Of a stretch of DNA of 64,000 nucleotides, positions 27,201 to 41,700 are shown one piece after another. The notes below the pieces were generated by a model. It was not told where the DNA came from. It did no database searches and was given only the letters and a program-made list of their open reading frames with translations. Origin of the DNA: the human T2T-CHM13v2.0 reference genome, Homo sapiens. The stretch lies in NCBI RefSeq assembly GCF_009914755.1, contig NC_060928.1. One strand, given 5' to 3'. The position numbers and the translations under genes are program-made. The first letter of the stretch is position 1. Each line of letters begins with the position of its first letter.

Positions 27201-30200
27201 GGATGACATATAATATCTAGAGAGAAGCATTCTCAGGAACTTCTTTGTGATGTTTGCATTCAAGTCACAGAATTGAACATTCCCTTTCATAGAGCAGGTT
27301 TGAAACACTCTTTCTCTAGTATCTGGAAGTGGGCATTTCAAGCGCTTTCAGGCCTATGGAGAGAAAGGAAATACCTTCAAATAAAAACTAGACAGAAGCA
27401 TTCTCAGAAACTTATTTGTGATGTGTGTCCTCAACTAACAGAGTTGAACCTTTGTTTTGATACAGCATTTTGGAAACACTCCTTTTGTAGAATCTGCAGG
27501 TGGATATTTGGATAGCTTTGAAGATTTCGTTGGAAACCGGAATATCTTCATATAAAATCAAGACAGAAGCATTCTCGGAAACATCTCTGTGATGTTTGCA
27601 TTCAACTCAGTAGAGTTGAACACTTCCTTTCATAGAGCAGGTTTGAAACACTCTTTCTGCACTACCTGGAAGCGGACATTTCGAGCGCTTTGAGGCCTAT
27701 GGTGAAAAAGGAAATATCTTCTCATAAAAACCAGAAAGAAGCATTCTCAGAAACTTCTTTGTGTTGTGTGTACTCAAGTAACAGTGTTGAACCTTCCTTT
27801 TGACACAGCAGTTTTGAAACACTCTTTTGGTAGAATCTGCAAGTGGATATTTGGATAGCTTTGAGGATTTCGTTGGAAACGGGTTATCTTCATATAAAAT
27901 CCAGACAGGAGCATTCTCAGAAACTTCTTTGTGCTGTATGTCCTCAATTCACAGAGCTGAACCTTTGTTTGGATACAGCATTTTGGAGACATTCCTTTAG
28001 TAGAATCTGCAAGTTGATATTTAGATAGCTTTGAAGATTTCGTTGGAAACGGGAATATCTTCATAGAAAATCTAGACGGAAGCATTCTCAGAAACTGCTT
28101 TGTGATGTTTGCATTCAAGTCACAGAGTTGAATATTCCCTTTTATAGAGTAGGTTTGAAACACTCTTTCGGCACTACCTGGAAGTGAATATTTCGAGCTC
28201 TTTGAGGCCTATGGTTAAAAGGAAATATCTTCCCATAAAAACTAGACAGAAGCCGTCTCAGAAACTTGTTTGTGATGTGTGTATTCAACTAACAGAGTTG
28301 AACATTTCTGTTACAGAGCAATTTTAAAACACTCTTTTTGTGGAATCTGAAAGTGGATAATTGGATAGCTTTGTGGATTTCGTTGGAAACGGGATGACGT
28401 ATAAAATCTAGAGAGAAGCATTCTCAGGAACTTCTTTCTGATGTTTGCATTCAAGTCACAGAATTGAACATTCCTTTTCATAGTGCAGGTTTGAAACACT
28501 CTTTCTGTAGTATCTGGAAGTGGACATTTCAAGCGCTTTCAGGCCTACGGGGAGAAAGGAAATATCTTCAAATAAAAACTAGACAGAAGGATTCTCAGAA
28601 ACTTATTTGTGATGTGTGTCCTAAACGAACACAGTTGAACCTTTGTTTTGATACAGCATTTTGGAAACACTCCTTTTGTAGGATCTGCAGGTGGATATTT
28701 GGATAGATTTTAAGATTTCGTTGGAAACGGGAGTTTCTTCATATAAACTCAAGACAGATGCATTCTCCGAAACATCTCTGTGATGTTTGCATTCCACTCA
28801 TAGTGTTGAAAACATCCTTTCATAGAGCAGGTTTGAAACACTCTTTTTGTAATATTTGGAAGTGGACATTTGCAGCGCTTTGAGGCCTATGGTGAAAAAG
28901 GAAATATCTTCTCATAAAAACCAGAAACAAGCATTCTCAGAAACTTCTTTTTGATGTGTGTACTCAAGTAACAGAGTTGAACCTTCCTTTTGACACAGCA
29001 GTTTTGAAACAATCTTTTTGTAGAATCTGCAAGTGGATATTTGGATAGCTTTGAGGATTTCGTTGGAAACGGGATATCTTCATATAAAATCTAGACAGAA
29101 GCATTCTCAGAAACTTCTTTGTGCTGTATGTCCTCAATTAACAGAGTTGAACCATTGCTTGGATACAGCATTTTGGAAACATTCCTTGAGTAGAATCTGC
29201 AAGTTGATATTTAGATAGATTTGAAGATTTCGTTGGAAAAGGGAATATCTCCATATAAAATCTAGAGGGAAGCATTCTCAGAAACTGCTTTGTGATGTTT
29301 CCATTCAAGTCACAGAGTTGAATATTCCCTTTTATAGAGCACGTTTGAAACACTCTTTCTGCACTATCTGGAAGTGGACATTTCGAGCGCTTTGAGGCCT
29401 ATGGTGAAAAAGGAAATATCTTCCCATAAAAACTAGACAGAAGCATTCTCAGAAACTTGTTTGTGATGTGTGTATTCAACTAACAGAGTTGAACTTTTGT
29501 TTTTACAGAGCCGTTTTAAAACACTCTTTTTGTGGAATCAGAAAGTGGATATTCGGATGGCTCTGAGGATTTCGTTGGAAGCGGGATTACATATAAAATC
29601 TAGAGAGAAGCATTCTCAGGAACTTCTTTGTGATGTTTGCATTGAAGTCACAGAATTGAACATTCACTTTGATAGAGCAGGTTTGAAACACTCATTCTGT
29701 AGTATCTGGAAGTGGACATTTCAAGCGCTTTCAGGCCTATGGTGAGAAAGGAAATATCTTCGAATAAAAACTAGACAGAAGCATCCTCAGAAACTTATTT
29801 GTGATGTGTGTCCTCAACTAACAGAGTTAAAACTTTGTTTTGATACAGCATTTTGGAAACACTCTTTTTGTAGAATCTGCAGGTGGATATTTGGATAGCT
29901 TAGAGGGATTCTTTGGCAAGGGGATATCTTCATATAAAATCTAGACAGAAGCATTCTCAGAAACTTATTTGTGATGTGTGTCCTCAACTAACAGAGTTGA
30001 ACCTTGGTTTTGATACAGCATTTTGGAAACACTCCTTTTGTAGAATCTGCAGGTGGATATGTGGATAGCTCTGAAGATTTCGTTGGAAACGGGAATTTCT
30101 TCATATAAAATCAAACAGAAGCATTCTCAGAAACTTCTCAGTGATGTTTGCATTCAGCTCATGGAGTTGAACACTTCCTTTCATAGAGCCGGTTTGAAAC

Positions 30201-32320
30201 ACTCTTTCTGCACTACCTGGAAGAGGACATTTCGAGCGCTTTGAGTCCTATGGTGAAAAAGGAAATATCTTCTCATAAAAACCAGAAAGAAGCATTCTCA
30301 GAAACTTCTTTGTGTTGTGTGTACTCATGTAACAGTGTTGAACCATCCTTTTGACAGAGCAGTTTTGAAACACTCTTTTTGTAGAATCTGCAAGTGGATA
30401 TTTGGATAGCTTTGAGGATTTCGTTGGAAACGGGATGACATATAATATCTAGAGAGAAGCATTCTCAGGAACTTCTTTGTGATGTTTGCATTCAAGTCAC
30501 AGAATTGAACATTCCCTTTCATAGAGCAGGTTTGAAACACTCTTTCTCTAGTATCTGGAAGTGGGCATTTCAAGCGCTTTCAGGCCTATGGAGAGAAAGG
30601 AAATACCTTCAAATAAAAACTAGACAGAAGCATTCTCAGAAACTTATTTGTGATGTGTGTCCTCAACTAACAGAGTTGAACCTTTGTTTTGATACAGCAT
30701 TTTGGAAACACTCCTTTTGTAGAATCTGCAGGTGGATATTTGGATAGCTTTGAAGATTTCGTTGGAAACCGGAATATCTTCATATAAAATCAAGACAGAA
30801 GCATTCTCGGAAACATCTCTGTGATGTTTGCATTCAACTCAGTAGAGTTGAACACTTCCTTTCATACAGCAGGTTTGAAACACTCTTTCTGCACTACCTG
30901 GAAGCGGACATTTCGAGCGCTTTGAGGCCTATGGTGAAAAAGGAAATATCTTCTCATAAAAACCAGAAAGAAGCATTCTCAGAAACTTCTTTGTGTTGTG
31001 TGTACTCAAGTAACAGTGTTGAACCTTCCTTTTGACACAGCAGTTTTGAAACACTCTTTTGGTATAATCTGCAAGTGGATATTTGGATAGCTTTGAGGAT
31101 TTCGTTGGAAACGGGTTATCTTCATATAAAATGCAGACAGGAGCATTCTCAGAAACTTCTTTGTGCTGTATGTCCTCAATTCACAGAGCTGAACCTTTGT
31201 TTGGATACAGCATTTTGGAGACATTCCTTTAGTAGAATCTGCAAGTTGATATTTAGATAGCTTTGAAGATTTCGTTGGAAACGGGAATATCTTCATAGAA
31301 AATCTAGACGGAAGCATTCTCAGAAACTGCTTTGTGATGTTTGCATTCAAGTCACAGAGTTGAATATTCCCTTTTATAGAGTAGGTTTGAAACACTCTTT
31401 CGGCACTACCTGGAAGTGGATATTTCGAGCTCTTTGAGGCCTATGGTTAAAAGGAAATATCTTCCCATAAAAACTAGACAGAAGCCGTCTCAGAAACTTG
31501 TTTGTGATGTGTGTATTCAACTACCAGAGTTGAACATTTCTGTTACAGAGCAATTTTAAAACACTCTTTTTGTGGAATCTGAAAGTGGATAATTGGATAG
31601 CTTTGTGGATTTCGTTGGAAACGGGATGACGTATAAAATCTAGAGAGAAGCATTCTCAGGAACTCCTTTCTGATGTTTGCATTCAAGTCACAGAATTGAA
31701 CATTCCTTTTCATAGTGCAGGTTTGAAACACTCTTTCTGTAGTATCTGGAAGTGGACATTTCAAGCGCTTTCAGGCCTACGGGGAGAAAGGAAATATCTT
31801 CAAATAAAAACTAGACAGAAGGATTCTCAGAAACTTATTTGTGATGTGTGTCCTAAACGAACACAGTTGAACCTTTGTTTTGATACAGCATTTTGGAAAC
31901 ACTCCTTTTGTAGGATCTGCAGGTGGATATTTGGATAGATTTTAAGATTTCGTTGGAAACGGGAGTTTCTTCATATAAACTCAAGACAGATGCATTCTCA
32001 GAAACTTCTCTGTGATGTTTGCATTCCACTCATAGAGTTGAAAACTTCCTTTCATAGAGCAGGTTTGAAACACTCTTTTTGTAATATTTGGAAGTGTACA
32101 TTTGCAGCGCTTTGAGGCCTATGGTGAAAAAGGAAATATCTTCTCATAAAAACCAGAAACAAGCATTCTCAGAAACTTCTTTTTGATGTGTGTACTCAAG
32201 TAACAGAGTTGAACCTTCCTTTTGACACAGCAGTTTTGAAACAATCTTTTTGTAGAATCTGCAAGTGGATATTTGGATAGCTTTGAGGATTTCGTTGGAA
32301 ACGGGATATCTTCATATAAA

Positions 32321-35300
32321 ATCTAGACAGAAGCATTCTCAGAAACTTCTTTGTGCTGTATGTCCTCAATTAACAGAGTTGAACCATTGCTTGGATACAG
32401 CATTTTGGAAACATTCCTTTAGTAGAATCTGCAAGTTGATATTTAGATAGATTTGAAGATTTCGTTGGAAAAGGGAATATCTCCATAGAAAATCTAGAGG
32501 GAAGCATTCTCAGAAACTGCTTTGTGATGTTTCCATTCAAGTCACAGAGTTGAATATTCCCTTTTATAGAGCACGTTTGAAACACTCTTTCTGCACTATC
32601 TGGAAGTGGACATTTCGAGCGCTTTGAGGCCTATGGTGAAAAAGGAAATATCTTCCCACAAAAACTAGACAGAAGCATTGTCAGAAACTTGTTTGTGATG
32701 TGTGTATTCAACTAACAGAGTTGAACTTTTGTTTTTACAGAGCCGTTTTAAAACACTCTTTTTGTGGAATCAGAAAGTGGATATTCGGATGGCTCTGAGG
32801 ATTTCGTTGGAAGCGGGATTACATATAAAATCTAGAGAGAAGCATTCTCAGGAACTTCTTTGTGATGTTTGCATTGAAGTCACAGAATTGAACATTCACT
32901 TTGATAGAGCAGGTTTGAAACACTCATTCTGTAGTATCTGGAAGTGGACATTTCAAGCGCTTTCAGGCCTATGGTGAGAAAGGAAATATCTTCGAATAAA
33001 AACTAGACAGAAGCATCCTCAGAAATTATTTGTGATGTGTGTCCTCAACTAACAGAGTTGAAACTTTGTTTTGATACAGCATTTTGGAAACACTCTTTTT
33101 GTAGAATCTGCAGGTGGATATTTGGATAGCTTAGAGGGATTCGTTGGAAAGGGGATATCTTCATATAAAATCTAGACAGAAGCATTCTCAGAAACTTATT
33201 TGTGATGTGTGTCCTCAACTAACAGAGTTGAACCTTGGTTTTGATACAGCATTTTGGAAACACTCCTTTTGTAGAATCTGCAGGTGGATATGTGGATAGC
33301 TCTGAAGATTTCGTTGGAAACGGTAATTTCTTCATATAAAATCAAACAGAAGCATTCTCAGAAACTTCTCAGTGATGTTTGCATTCAGCTCATGGAGTTG
33401 AACACTTCCTTTCATAGAGCCGGTTTGAAACACTCTTTCTGCACTACCTGGAAGAGGACATTTCGAGCGCTTTGAGTCCTATGGTGAAAAAGGAAATATC
33501 TTCTCATAAAAACCAGAAAGAAGCATTCTCAGAAACTTCTTTGTGTTGTGTGTACTCATGTAACAGTGTTGAACCATCCTTTTGACAGAGCAGTTTTGAA
33601 ACACTCTTTTTGTAGAATCTGCAAGTGGATATTTGGATAGCTTTGAGGATTTCGTTGGAAACGGGATGACATATAATATCTAGAGAGAAGCATTCTCAGG
33701 AACTTCTTTGTGATGTTTGCATTCAAGTCACAGAATTGAACATTCCCTTTCATAGAGCAGGTTTGAAACACTCTTTCTCTAGTATCTGGAAGTGGGCATT
33801 TCAAGCGCTTTCAGGCCTATGGAGAGAAAGGAAATACCTTCAAATAAAAACTAGACAGAAGCATTCTCAGAAACTTATTTGTGATGTGTGTCCTCAACTA
33901 ACAGAGTTGAACCTTTGTTTTGATACAGCATTTTGGAAACACTCCTTTTGTAGAATCTGCTGGTGGATATTTGGATAGCTTTGAAGATTTCGTTGGAAAC
34001 CGGAATATCTTCATATAAAATCAAGACAGAAGCATTCTCGGAAACATCTCTGTGATGTTTGCATTCAACTCAGTAGAGTTGAACACTTCCTTTCATAGAG
34101 CAGGTTTGAAACACTCTTTCTGCACTACCTGGAAGCGGACATTTTGAGCGCTTTGAGGCCTATGGTGAAAAAGGAAATATCTTCTCATAAAAACCAGAAA
34201 GAAGCATTCTCAGAAACTTCTTTGTGTTGTGTGTACTCAAGTAACAGTGTTGAACCTTCCTTTTGACACAGCAGTTTTGAAACACTCTTTTGGTAGAATC
34301 TGCAAGTGGATATTTGGATAGCTTTGAGGATTTCGTTGGAAACGGGTTATCTTCATATAAAATGCAGACAGGAGCATTCTCAGAAACTTCTTTGTGCTGT
34401 ATGTCCTCAATTCACAGAGCTGAACCTTTGTTTGGATACAGCATTTTGGAGACATTCCTTTAGTAGAATCTGCAAGTTGATATTTAGATAGCTTTGAAGA
34501 TTTCGTTGGAAACGGGAATATCTTCATAGAAAATCTAGACGGAAGCATTCTCAGAAACTGCTTTGTGATGTTTGCATTCAAGTCACAGAGTTGAATATTC
34601 CCTTTTATAGAGTAGGTTTGAAACACTCTTTCGGCACTACCTGGAAGTGGAGATTTCGAGCTCTTTGAGGCCTATGGTTAAAAGGAAATATCTTCCCATA
34701 AAAACTAGACAGAAGCCGTCTCAGAAACTTGTTTGTGATGTGTGTATTCAACTACCAGAGTTGAACATTTCTGTTACAGAGCATTTTTAAAACACTCTTT
34801 TTGTGGAATCTGAAAGTGGATAATTGGATAGCTTTGTGGATTTCGTTGGAAACGGGATGACGTATAAAATCTAGAGAGAAGCATTCTCAGGAACTTCTTT
34901 CTGATGTTTGCATTCAAGTCACAGAATTGAACATTCCTTTTCATAGTGCAGGTTTGAAACACTCTTTCTGTAGTATCTGGAAGTGGACATTTCAAGCGCT
35001 TTCAGGCCTACGGGGAGAAAGGAAATATCTTCAAATAAAAACTAGACAGAAGGATTCTCAGAAACTTATTTGTGATGTGTGTCCTAAACGAACACAGTTG
35101 AACCTTTGTTTTGATACAGCATTTTGGAAACACTCCTTTTGTAGGATCTGCAGGTGGATATTTGGATAGATTTTAAGATTTCGTTGGAAACGGGAGTTTC
35201 TTCATAGAAACTCAAGACAGATGCATTCTCAGAAACATCTCTGTGATGTTTGCATTCCACTCATAGAGTTGAAAACTTCCTTTCATAGAGCAGGTTTGAA

Positions 35301-38300
35301 ACACTCTTTTTGTAATATTTGGAAGTGGACATTTGCAGCGCTTTGAGGCCTATGGTGAAAAAGGAAATATCTTCTCATAAAAACCAGAAACAAGCATTCT
35401 CAGAAACTTCTTTTTGATGTGTGTACTCAAGTAACAGAGTTGAACCTTCCTTTTGACACAGCAGTTTTGAAACAATCTTTTTGTAGAATCTGCAAGTGGA
35501 TATTTGGATAGCTTTGAGGATTTCGTTGGAAACGGGATATCTTCATATAAAATCTAGACAGAAGCATTCTCAGAAACTTCTTTGTGCTGTATGTCCTCAA
35601 TTAACAGAGTTGAACCATTGCTTGGATACAGCATTTTGGAAACATTCCTTGAGTAGAATCTGCAAGTTGATATTTAGATAGATTTGAAGATTTCGTTGGA
35701 AAAGGGAATATCTCCATAGAAAATCTAGAGGGAAGCATTCTCAGAAACTGCTTTGTGATGTTTCCATTCAAGTCACAGAGTTGAATATTCCCTTTTATAG
35801 AGCACGTTTGAAACACTCTTTCTGCACTATCTGGAAGTGGACATTTCGAGCGCTTTGAGGCCTATGGTGAAAAAGGAAATATCTTCCCACAAAAACTAGA
35901 CAGAAGCATTCTCAGAAACTTGTTTGTGATGTGTGTATTCAACTAACAGAGTTGAACTTTTGTTTTTACAGAGCCGTTTTAAAACACTCTTTTTGTGGAA
36001 TCAGAAAGTGGATATTCGGATGGCTCTGAGGATTTCGTGGGAAGCGGGATTACGTATAAAATCTAGAGAGAAGCATTCTCAGGAACTTCTTTGTGATGTT
36101 TGCATTGAAGTCACAGAATTGAACATTCACTTTGATAGAGCAGGTTTGAAACACTCATTCTGTAGTATCTGGAAGTGGACATTTCAAGCGCTTTCAGGCC
36201 TATGGTGAGAAAGGAAATATCTTCGAATAAAAACTAGACAGAAGCATCCTCAGAAATTATTTGTGATGTGTGTCCTCAACTAACAGAGTTGAAACTTTGT
36301 TTTGATACAGCATTTTGGAAACAGTCTTTTTGTAGAATCTGCAGGTGGATATTTGGATAGCTTAGAGGGATTCGTTGGAAAGGGGATATCTTCATATAAA
36401 ATCTAGACAGAAGCATTCTCAGAAACTTATTTGTGATGTGTGTCCTCAACTAACAGAGTTGAACCTTGGTTTTGATACAGCATTTTGGAAACACTCCTTT
36501 TGTAGAATCTGCAGGTGGATATGTGGATAGCTCTGAAGATTTCGTTGGAAACGGGAATTTCTTCATATAAAATCAAACAGAAGCATTCTCAGAAACTTCT
36601 CAGTGATGTTTGCATTCAGCTCATGGAGTTGAACACTTCCTTTCATAGAGCCGGTTTGAAACACTCTTTCTGCACTACCTGGAAGAGGACATTTCGAGCG
36701 CTTTGAGTCCTATGGTGAAAAAGGAAATATCTTCTCATAAAAACCAGAAAGAAGCATTCTCAGAAACTTCTTTGTGTTGTGTGTACTCATGTAACAGTGT
36801 TGAACCATCCTTTTGACAGAGCAGTTTTGAAACACTCTTTTTGTAGAATCTGCAAGTGGATATTTGGATAGCTTTGAGGATTTCGCTGGAAACGGGATGA
36901 CATATAATATCTAGAGAGAAGCATTCTCAGGAACTTCTTTGTGATGTTTGCATTCAAGTCACAGAATTGAACATTCCCTTTCATAGAGCAGGTTTGAAAC
37001 ACTCTTTCTCTAGTATCTGGAAGTGGGCATTTCAAGCGCTTTCAGGCCTATGGAGAGAAAGGAAATACCTTCAAATAAAAACTAGACGGAAGCATTCTCA
37101 GAAACTTATTTGTGATGTGTGTCCTCAACTAACAGAGTTGAACCTTTGTTTTGATACAGCATTTTGGAAACACTCCTTTTGTAGAATCTGCAGGTGGATA
37201 TTTGGATAGCTTTGAAGATTTCGTTGGAAACCGGAATATCTTCATATAAAATCAAGACAGAAGCATTCTCGGAAACATCTCTGTGATGTTTGCATTCAAC
37301 TCAGTAGAGTTGAACACTTCCTTTCATAGAGCAGGTATGAAACACTCTTTCTGCACTACCTGGAAGCGGACATTTCGAGCGCTTTGAGGCCTATGGTGAA
37401 AAAGGAAATATCTTCTCATAAAAACCAGAAAGAAGCATTCTCAGAAACTTCTTTGTGTTGTGTGTACTCAAGTAACAGTGTTGAACCTTCCTTTTGACAC
37501 AGCAGTTTTGAAACACTCTTTTGGTAGAATCTGCAAGTGGATATTTGGATAGCTTTGAGGATTTCGTTGGAAACGGGTTATCTTCATATAAAATCCTGAC
37601 AGGAGCATTCTCAGAAACTTCTTTGTGCTGTATGTCCTCAATTCACAGAGCTGAACCTTTGTTTGGATACAGCATTTTGGAGACATTCCATTAGTAGAAT
37701 CTGCAAGTTGATATTTAGATAGCTTTGAAGATTTCGTTGGAAACGGGAATATCTTCATAGAAAATCTAGACGGAAGCATTCTCAGAAACTGCTTTGTGAT
37801 GTTTACATTCAAGTCACAGAGTTGAATATTCCCTTTTATAGAGTAGGTTTGAAACACTCTTTCGGCACTACCTGGAAGTGGATATTTCGAGCTCTTTGAG
37901 GCCTATGGTTAAAAGGAAATATCTTCCCATAAAAACTAGACAGAAGCCGTCTCAGAAACTTGTTTGTGATGTGTGTATTCAACTAACAGAGTTGAACATT
38001 TCTGTTACAGAGCAATTTTAAAACACTCTTTTTGTGGAATCTGAAAGTGCATAATTGGATAGCTTTGTGGATTTCGTTGGAAACGGGATGACGTATAAAA
38101 TCTAGAGAGAAGCATTCTCAGGAACTTCTTTCTGATGTTTGCATTCAAGTCACAGAATTGAACATTCCTTTTCATAGTGCAGGTTTGAAACACTCTTTCT
38201 GTAGTATCTGGAAGTGGACATTTCAAGCGCTTTCAGGCCTACGGGGAGAAAGGAAATATCTTCAAATAAAAACTAGACAGAAGGATTCTCAGAAACTTAT

Positions 38301-38782
38301 TTGTGATGTGTGTCCTAAACGAACACAGTTGAACCTTTGTTTTGATACAGCATTTTGGAAACACTCCTTTTGTAGGATCTGCAGGTGGATATTTGGATAG
38401 ATTTTAAGATTTCGTTGGAAACGGGAGTTTCTTCATAGAAACTCAAGACAGATGCATTCTCAGAAACATCTCTGTGATGTTTGCATTCCACTCATAGTGT
38501 TGAAAACTTCCTTTCATAGAGCAGGTTTGAAACACTCTTTTTGTAATATTTGGAAGTGGACATTTGCAGCGCTTTGAGGCCTATGGTGAAAAAGGAAATA
38601 TCTTCTCATAAAAACCAGAAACAAGCATTCTCAGAAACTTCTTTTTGATGTGTGTACTCAAGTAACAGAGTTGAACCTTCCTTTTGACACAGCAGTTTTG
38701 AAACAATCTTTTTGTAGAATCTGCAAGTGGATATTTGGATAGCTTTGAGGATTTCGTTGGAAACGGGATATCTTCATATAAA
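32321..38782 (+). repeat. HOR copies 11 and 12, each 3231 bp (shared 1-bp deletion in M5)
   Basis: CAGAAATTATTTG instead of CAGAAACTTATTTG at 33025/33026 and 36256/36257; the ORF track shifts by -1 after each. Confidence 0.95.
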
Positions 38783-41700
38783 ATCTAGACAGAAGCATTC
38801 TCAGAAACTTCTTTGTGCTGTATGTCCTCAATTAACAGAGTTGAACCATTGCTTGGATACAGCATTTTGGAAACATTCCTTGAGTAGAATCTGCAAGTTG
38901 ATATTTAGATAGATTTGAAGATTTCGTTGGAAAAGGGAATATCTCCATATAAAATCTAGAGGGAAGCATTCTCAGAAACTGCTTTGTGATGTTTCCATTC
39001 AAGTCACAGAGTTGAATATTCCCTTTTATAGAGCACGTTTGAAACACTCTTTCTGCACTATCTGGAAGTGGACATTTCGAGCGCTTTGAGGCCTATGGTG
39101 AAAAAGGAAATATCTTCCCATAAAAACTAGACAGAAGCATTCTCAGAAACTTGTTTGTGATGTGTGTATTCAACTAACAGAGTTGAACTTTTGTTTTTAC
39201 AGAGCCGTTTTAAAACACTCTTTTTGTGGAATCAGAAAGTGGATATTCGGATGGCTCTGAGGATTTCGTTGGAAGCGGGATTACATATAAAATCTAGAGA
39301 GAAGCATTCTCAGGAACTTCTTTGTGATGTTTGCATTGAAGTCACAGAATTGAACATTCACTTTGATAGAGCAGGTTTGAAACACTCATTCTGTAGTATC
39401 TGGAAGTGGACATTTCAAGCGCTTTCAGGCCTATGGTGAGAAAGGAAATATCTTCGAATAAAAACTAGACAGAAGCATCCTCAGAAACTTATTTGTGATG
39501 TGTGTCCTCAACTAACAGAGTTGAAACTTTGTTTTGATACAGCATTTTGGAAACACTCTTTTTGTAGAATCTGCAGGTGGATATTTGGATAGCTTAGAGG
39601 GATTCGTTGGAAAGGGGATATCTTCATATAAAATCTAGACAGAAGCATTCTCAGAAACTTATTTGTGATGTGTGTCCTCAACTAACAGAGTTGAACCTTT
39701 GTTTTGATACAGCATTTTGGAAACACTCCTTTTGTAGAATCTGCAGGTGGATATGTGGATAGCTCTGAAGATTTCGTTGGAAACGGGAATTTCTTCATAT
39801 AAAATCAAACAGAAGCATTCTCAGAAACTTCTCAGTGATGTTTGCATTCAGCTCATGGAGTTGAACACTTCCTTTCATAGAGCCGGTTTGAAACACTCTT
39901 TCTGCACTACCTGGAAGAGGACATTTCGAGCGCTTTGAGTCCTATGGTGAAAAAGGAAATATCTTCTCATAAAAACCAGAAAGAAGCATTCTCAGAAACT
40001 TCTTTGTGTTGTGTGTACTCATGTAACAGTGTTGAACCATCCTTTTGACAGAGCAGTTTTGAAACACTCTTTTTGTAGAATCTGCAAGTGGATATTTGGA
40101 TAGCTTTGAGGATTTCGTTGGAAACGGGATGACATATAATATCTAGAGAGAAGCATTCTCAGGAACTTCTTTGTGATGTTTGCATTCAAGTCACAGAATT
40201 GAACATTCCCTTTCATAGAGCAGGTTTGAAACACTCTTTCTCTAGTATCTGGAAGTGGGCATTTCAAGCGCTTTCAGGCCTATGGAGAGAAAGGAAATAC
40301 CTTCAAATAAAAACTAGACAGAAGCATTCTCAGAAACTTATTTGTGATGTGTGTCCTCAACTAACAGAGTTGAACCTTTGTTTTGATACAGCATTTTGGA
40401 AACACTCCTTTTGTAGAATCTGCAGGTGGATATTTGGATAGCTTTGAAGATTTCGTTGGAAACCGGAATATCTTCATATAAAATCAAGACAGAAGCATTC
40501 TCGGAAACATCTCTGTGATGTTTGCATTCAACTCAGTAGAGTTGAACACTTCCTTTCATAGAGCAGGTTTGAAACACTCTTTCTGCACTACCTGGAAGCG
40601 GACATTTCGAGCGCTTTGAGGCCTATGGTGAAAAAGGAAATATCTTCTCATAAAAACCAGAAAGAAGCATTCTCAGAAACTTCTTTGTGTTGTGTGTACT
40701 CAAGTAACAGTGTTGAACCTTCCTTTTGACACAGCAGTTTTGAAACACTCTTTTGGTAGAATCTGCAAGTGGATATTTGGATAGCTTTGAGGATTTCGTT
40801 GGAAACGGGTTATCTTCATATAAAATGCAGACAGGAGCATTCTCAGAAACTTCTTTGTGCTGTATGTCCTCAATTCACAGAGCTGAACCTTTGTTTGGAT
40901 ACAGCATTTTGGAGACATTCCTTTAGTAGAATCTGCAAGTTGATATTTAGATAGCTTTGAAGATTTCGTTGGAAACGGGAATATCTTCATAGAAAATCTA
41001 GACGGAAGCATTCTCAGAAACTGCTTTGTGATGTTTGCATTCAAGTCACAGAGTTGAATATTCCCTTTTATAGAGTAGGTTTGAAACACTCTTTCGGCAC
41101 TACCTGGAAGTGGATATTTCGAGCTCTTTGAGGCCTATGGTTAAAAGGAAATATCTTCCCATAAAAACTAGACAGAAGCCGTCTCAGAAACTTGTTTGTG
41201 ATGTGTGTATTCAACTAACAGAGTTGAACATTTCTGTTACAGAGCAATTTTAAAACACTCTTTTTGTGGAATCTGAAAGTGGATAATTGGATAGCTTTGT
41301 GGATTTCGTTGGAAACGGGATGACGTATAAAATCTAGAGAGAAGCATTCTCAGGAACTTCTTTCTGATGTTTGCATTCAAGTCACAGAATTGAACATTCC
41401 TTTTCATAGTGCAGGTTTGAAACACTATTTCTGTAGTATCTGGAAGTGGACATTTGAAGCGCTTTCAGGCCTACGGGGAGAAAGGAAATATCTTCAAATA
41501 AAAACTAGACAGAAGGATTCTCAGAAACTTATTTGTGATGTGTGTCCTAAACGAACACAGTTGAACCTTTGTTTTGATACAGCATTTTGGAAACACTCCT
41601 TTTGTAGGATCTGCAGGTGGATATTTGGATAGATTTTAAGATTTCGTTGGAAACGGGAGTTTCTTCATATAAACTCAAGACAGATGCATTCTCCGAAACA

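Noticed and set aside
8986-36897. CENP-B box variants at 8992, near 36039 and near 36886 as box losses
   Set aside because: The changes fall in non-essential N positions of NTTCGNNNNANNCGGGN, so the core is intact.
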